Shown here: one piece after another, positions 62,274 through 64,000 of the stretch
Numbering within the stretch: position 1 is the first letter of the stretch
Layout: each line of letters begins with the position of its first letter
Assembly: GCA_947625885.1 (NCBI GenBank)
Contig: CANQQA010000003.1
Span: forward strand, 64,726 to 128,725
Direction of reading: 5' to 3'
Source: an uncultured Bacteroidales bacterium
Lineage (GTDB): Bacteria; Bacteroidota; Bacteroidia; Bacteroidales; UBA11471
Length of the DNA stretch: 64,000 nt
Made by a program: the position numbers and the translations under genes
The notes under the pieces: model-generated
The model's database searches: none
What the model was told of the DNA's origin: nothing
What the model saw: only the letters and a program-made list of their open reading frames with translations

Positions 62274-63211
62274 TGATGCGTTATCGTTATACACCTCCTT
62301 CCCGTAAAGAGACGACGGTACTGCTTATTGCCGTAGCGGTATCATTGACTTTTACCGGCATATTCATCGGGTTGCGACCCGAACATATCTTTCTTTGGTC
62401 GCTTTATTGCGCCTTGTTTTTTGCGACGTCGTACACCCGCAAGCTGGCGGTAGCTTTGCTGCCGTTTGCCATTTTTGCAGTTTCTTACGACTGGTTGCGC
62501 GTCTATCCCAATTATCAGGTGAATGCTATCGACGTAGCCGGTCTTTACGGGGCGGAGTTGCAGGGTTTCGGCGTTACCGTCGAGGGTGTGCGAATGACCC
62601 TCTGCGAATATTTCGCGCAGCACCATTGTGCCGTGCTCGATTTCATGGCAGGAATTTTTTATCTCTGCTGGGTGCCGGTGCCGATACTTTTCGGACTAAT
62701 GCTATACATACAGGGGCGTCGTGAGTTGGCATTACGCTTTGCCGTCGTATTCTTGTTGGTCAATCTCATCGGCTTTGCCGGCTACTACATTCACCCTGCC
62801 GCCCCGCCGTGGTATGTCATGGAATACGGATTCGAACCGCTGCTCGGTACTCCCGGCAGCGTGGCAGGGTTGGGACGTTTCGACGAACTTTTGGGCGTGA
62901 ATGTTTTTTCTTCCATGTACACCCGCAACGCCAATGTATTCGCTGCCTTTCCTTCACTGCATTCCGCTTATGTAACGGTGGCATTTGCTTATGCTGTTAT
63001 GGGGCGTTGTAACAAATGGATTGTCGCCTTGCTTGCATTTATCATGGTCGGAATATGGTTTACGGCAGTCTATTCGGGACACCATTATATGATAGATGTA
63101 TTGGGCGGTATCGCTTGTACGGTAATAGGAATCCTGCTCTTTGAACAAGGGTTGATGCGCATTCCAGCTTTTCGCCGTTTCTTTGCACGTTACGTCGCTT
63201 ACGTGTCGTAA
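62273..63211 (+). CDS. PAP2-superfamily membrane protein (inositol phosphorylceramide synthase-like)
   Basis: PSLHSAY and SGHHYMIDVLGG are PAP2 C2/C3-type motifs. Multi-pass membrane protein. The start overlaps the upstream stop (TGATG). Confidence 0.65.
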   Translation: MMRYRYTPPSRKETTVLLIAVAVSLTFTGIFIGLRPEHIFLWSLYCALFFATSYTRKLAVALLPFAIFAVSYDWLRVYPNYQVNAIDVAGLYGAELQGFGVTVEGVRMTLCEYFAQHHCAVLDFMAGIFYLCWVPVPILFGLMLYIQGRRELALRFAVVFLLVNLIGFAGYYIHPAAPPWYVMEYGFEPLLGTPGSVAGLGRFDELLGVNVFSSMYTRNANVFAAFPSLHSAYVTVAFAYAVMGRCNKWIVALLAFIMVGIWFTAVYSGHHYMIDVLGGIACTVIGILLFEQGLMRIPAFRRFFARYVAYVS

Positions 63212-63228
63212 TCGTTGGCGGATAAAAT

Positions 63229-63266
63229 AAAACAGGGTCGGCAAAATTTTTTGCCGACCCTGTTTT
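63229..63266. terminator. Bidirectional terminator between convergent genes
   Basis: 14-bp stem cagggtcggcaaaa/ttttgccgaccctg with A and T runs on each side. Confidence 0.7.
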
Positions 63267-63281
63267 GCATATAGGAACGAA

Positions 63282-64000
63282 TTATTTGTTCAGTGCGGTA
63301 GCCACATCGACGGCGCAGGCTACGGTGCAGCCCACCATCGGGTTGTTGCCGATGCCGAGAAATCCCATCATTTCCACGTGAGCGGGAACGGAGGACGAAC
63401 CGGCAAACTGGGCGTCGCTGTGCATACGTCCCATCGTGTCTGTCATACCGTAGGAAGCGGGACCGGCAGCCATGTTGTCGGGGTGCAGGGTACGACCCGT
63501 ACCGCCGCCCGAAGCAACGGAGAAATAGGGTTTTCCGGCGAGAATGCGCTCTTTCTTGTACGTACCGGCTACGGGGTGCTGGAAGCGGGTGGGGTTGGTG
63601 GAGTTGCCCGTAATGGAAACTTCCACGCCTTCGTGCCACATGATGGCGACACCTTCGCGCACGTCGTCGGCGCCGTAGCATTTTACTTTGGCGCGCGGTC
63701 CGTCGGAGTAAGCGATTTCACGAACGATTTTGAGTTCACCCGTATAGTAGTCGAATTGCGTCTGTACGTAGGTAAAACCGTTGATGCGCGAAATGATTTG
63801 GGCGGCATCTTTTCCCAAACCGTTCAAGATGCAGCGCAGCGGTTCTTTGCGCACCTTGTCGGCTTTGGCGGCGATTTTTATGGCGCCTTCGGCAGCGGCG
63901 AACGATTCGTGTCCGGCGAGGAAAGCGAAGCATTTCGTCTCTTCGCGGAGCAGACGGGCGGCGAGATTGCCGTGTCCCAGTCCCACTTTGCGGTCGTCGG
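63282..64000 (-). CDS. GGGtGRT-motif family protein (function unknown), N-terminus beyond the window
   Basis: The reading frame is open to the window edge. The C-terminal part contains SGGGTGRTLHPDN, the name-giving motif of the uncharacterised GGGtGRT family. The family assignment is from memory. Confidence 0.55.
   Translation of the reverse strand, partial: DDRKVGLGHGNLAARLLREETKCFAFLAGHESFAAAEGAIKIAAKADKVRKEPLRCILNGLGKDAAQIISRINGFTYVQTQFDYYTGELKIVREIAYSDGPRAKVKCYGADDVREGVAIMWHEGVEVSITGNSTNPTRFQHPVAGTYKKERILAGKPYFSVASGGGTGRTLHPDNMAAGPASYGMTDTMGRMHSDAQFAGSSSVPAHVEMMGFLGIGNNPMVGCTVACAVDVATALNK

Noticed and set aside
63282-64000. Partial minus-strand gene as the missing myo-inositol-phosphate synthase of the lipid cluster
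   Set aside because: The ~240 visible residues lack MIPS-type motifs and instead contain GGGTGRT, pointing to the uncharacterised GGGtGRT family.

Overview
The window is high-GC chromosomal DNA (about 60% GC by eye, not computed) with Bacteroidales-like features: a T9SS sorting domain, TAnnTTTG-type promoters and no Shine-Dalgarno sequences. It is interrupted by a low-GC (about 40% by eye) temperate siphovirus-like prophage of about 47.7 kb at 1402-49093. The prophage sits in the 3' end of tRNA-Ser(GGA), bounded by a 14-bp direct repeat. Host genes on the left are fabG (partial) and a TetR regulator. Host genes on the right are tRNA-Ser, clpB, an EamA transporter, an OmpA-like protein, proS, a T9SS-sorted protein, a pectinesterase with an in-frame TGA, nhaC, a pgpA-gtrA-CDP-alcohol phosphatidyltransferase-PAP2 lipid cluster and a partial GGGtGRT-family gene. 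The prophage order is integrase and immunity genes, then recombination (Rad50-like ATPase, RecT-like, MBL nuclease), then replication (organiser with an ori-like iteron block, DnaC-like loader, C5-methyltransferase, exonuclease, MazG, SSB). Next come terS, terL, portal and a MuF protein, then an inverted 3.9-kb minus-strand cassette, then capsid and tail genes, a diversity-generating retroelement (DGR) and a lysis cassette. The main result is the DGR. A 116-bp template repeat (TR, 45050-45165) lies next to a DGR-type reverse transcriptase and matches a variable repeat (VR1) at the 3' end of a tail-module gene, with 16 mismatches, all at TR adenines. The TR also matches a second, remote variable repeat (VR2, 9873-9948) with 14 mismatches, all at TR adenines. 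VR2 lies about 35 kb away, inside a small gene with no signal peptide in the early region. Other signals I could not explain: an 18-nt motif (nnTGTrTyAyTATAAAAC) present 8 times just upstream of module-leading genes; a GCAATGCAAA box shared by the immunity region, a divergent promoter region and the putative origin; a ParB-PRTase fusion next to a DprA-like SLOG protein in the inverted cassette; and a MuF head protein with a C-terminal HExxH domain. All functional calls come from motifs read by eye. No database search was run.
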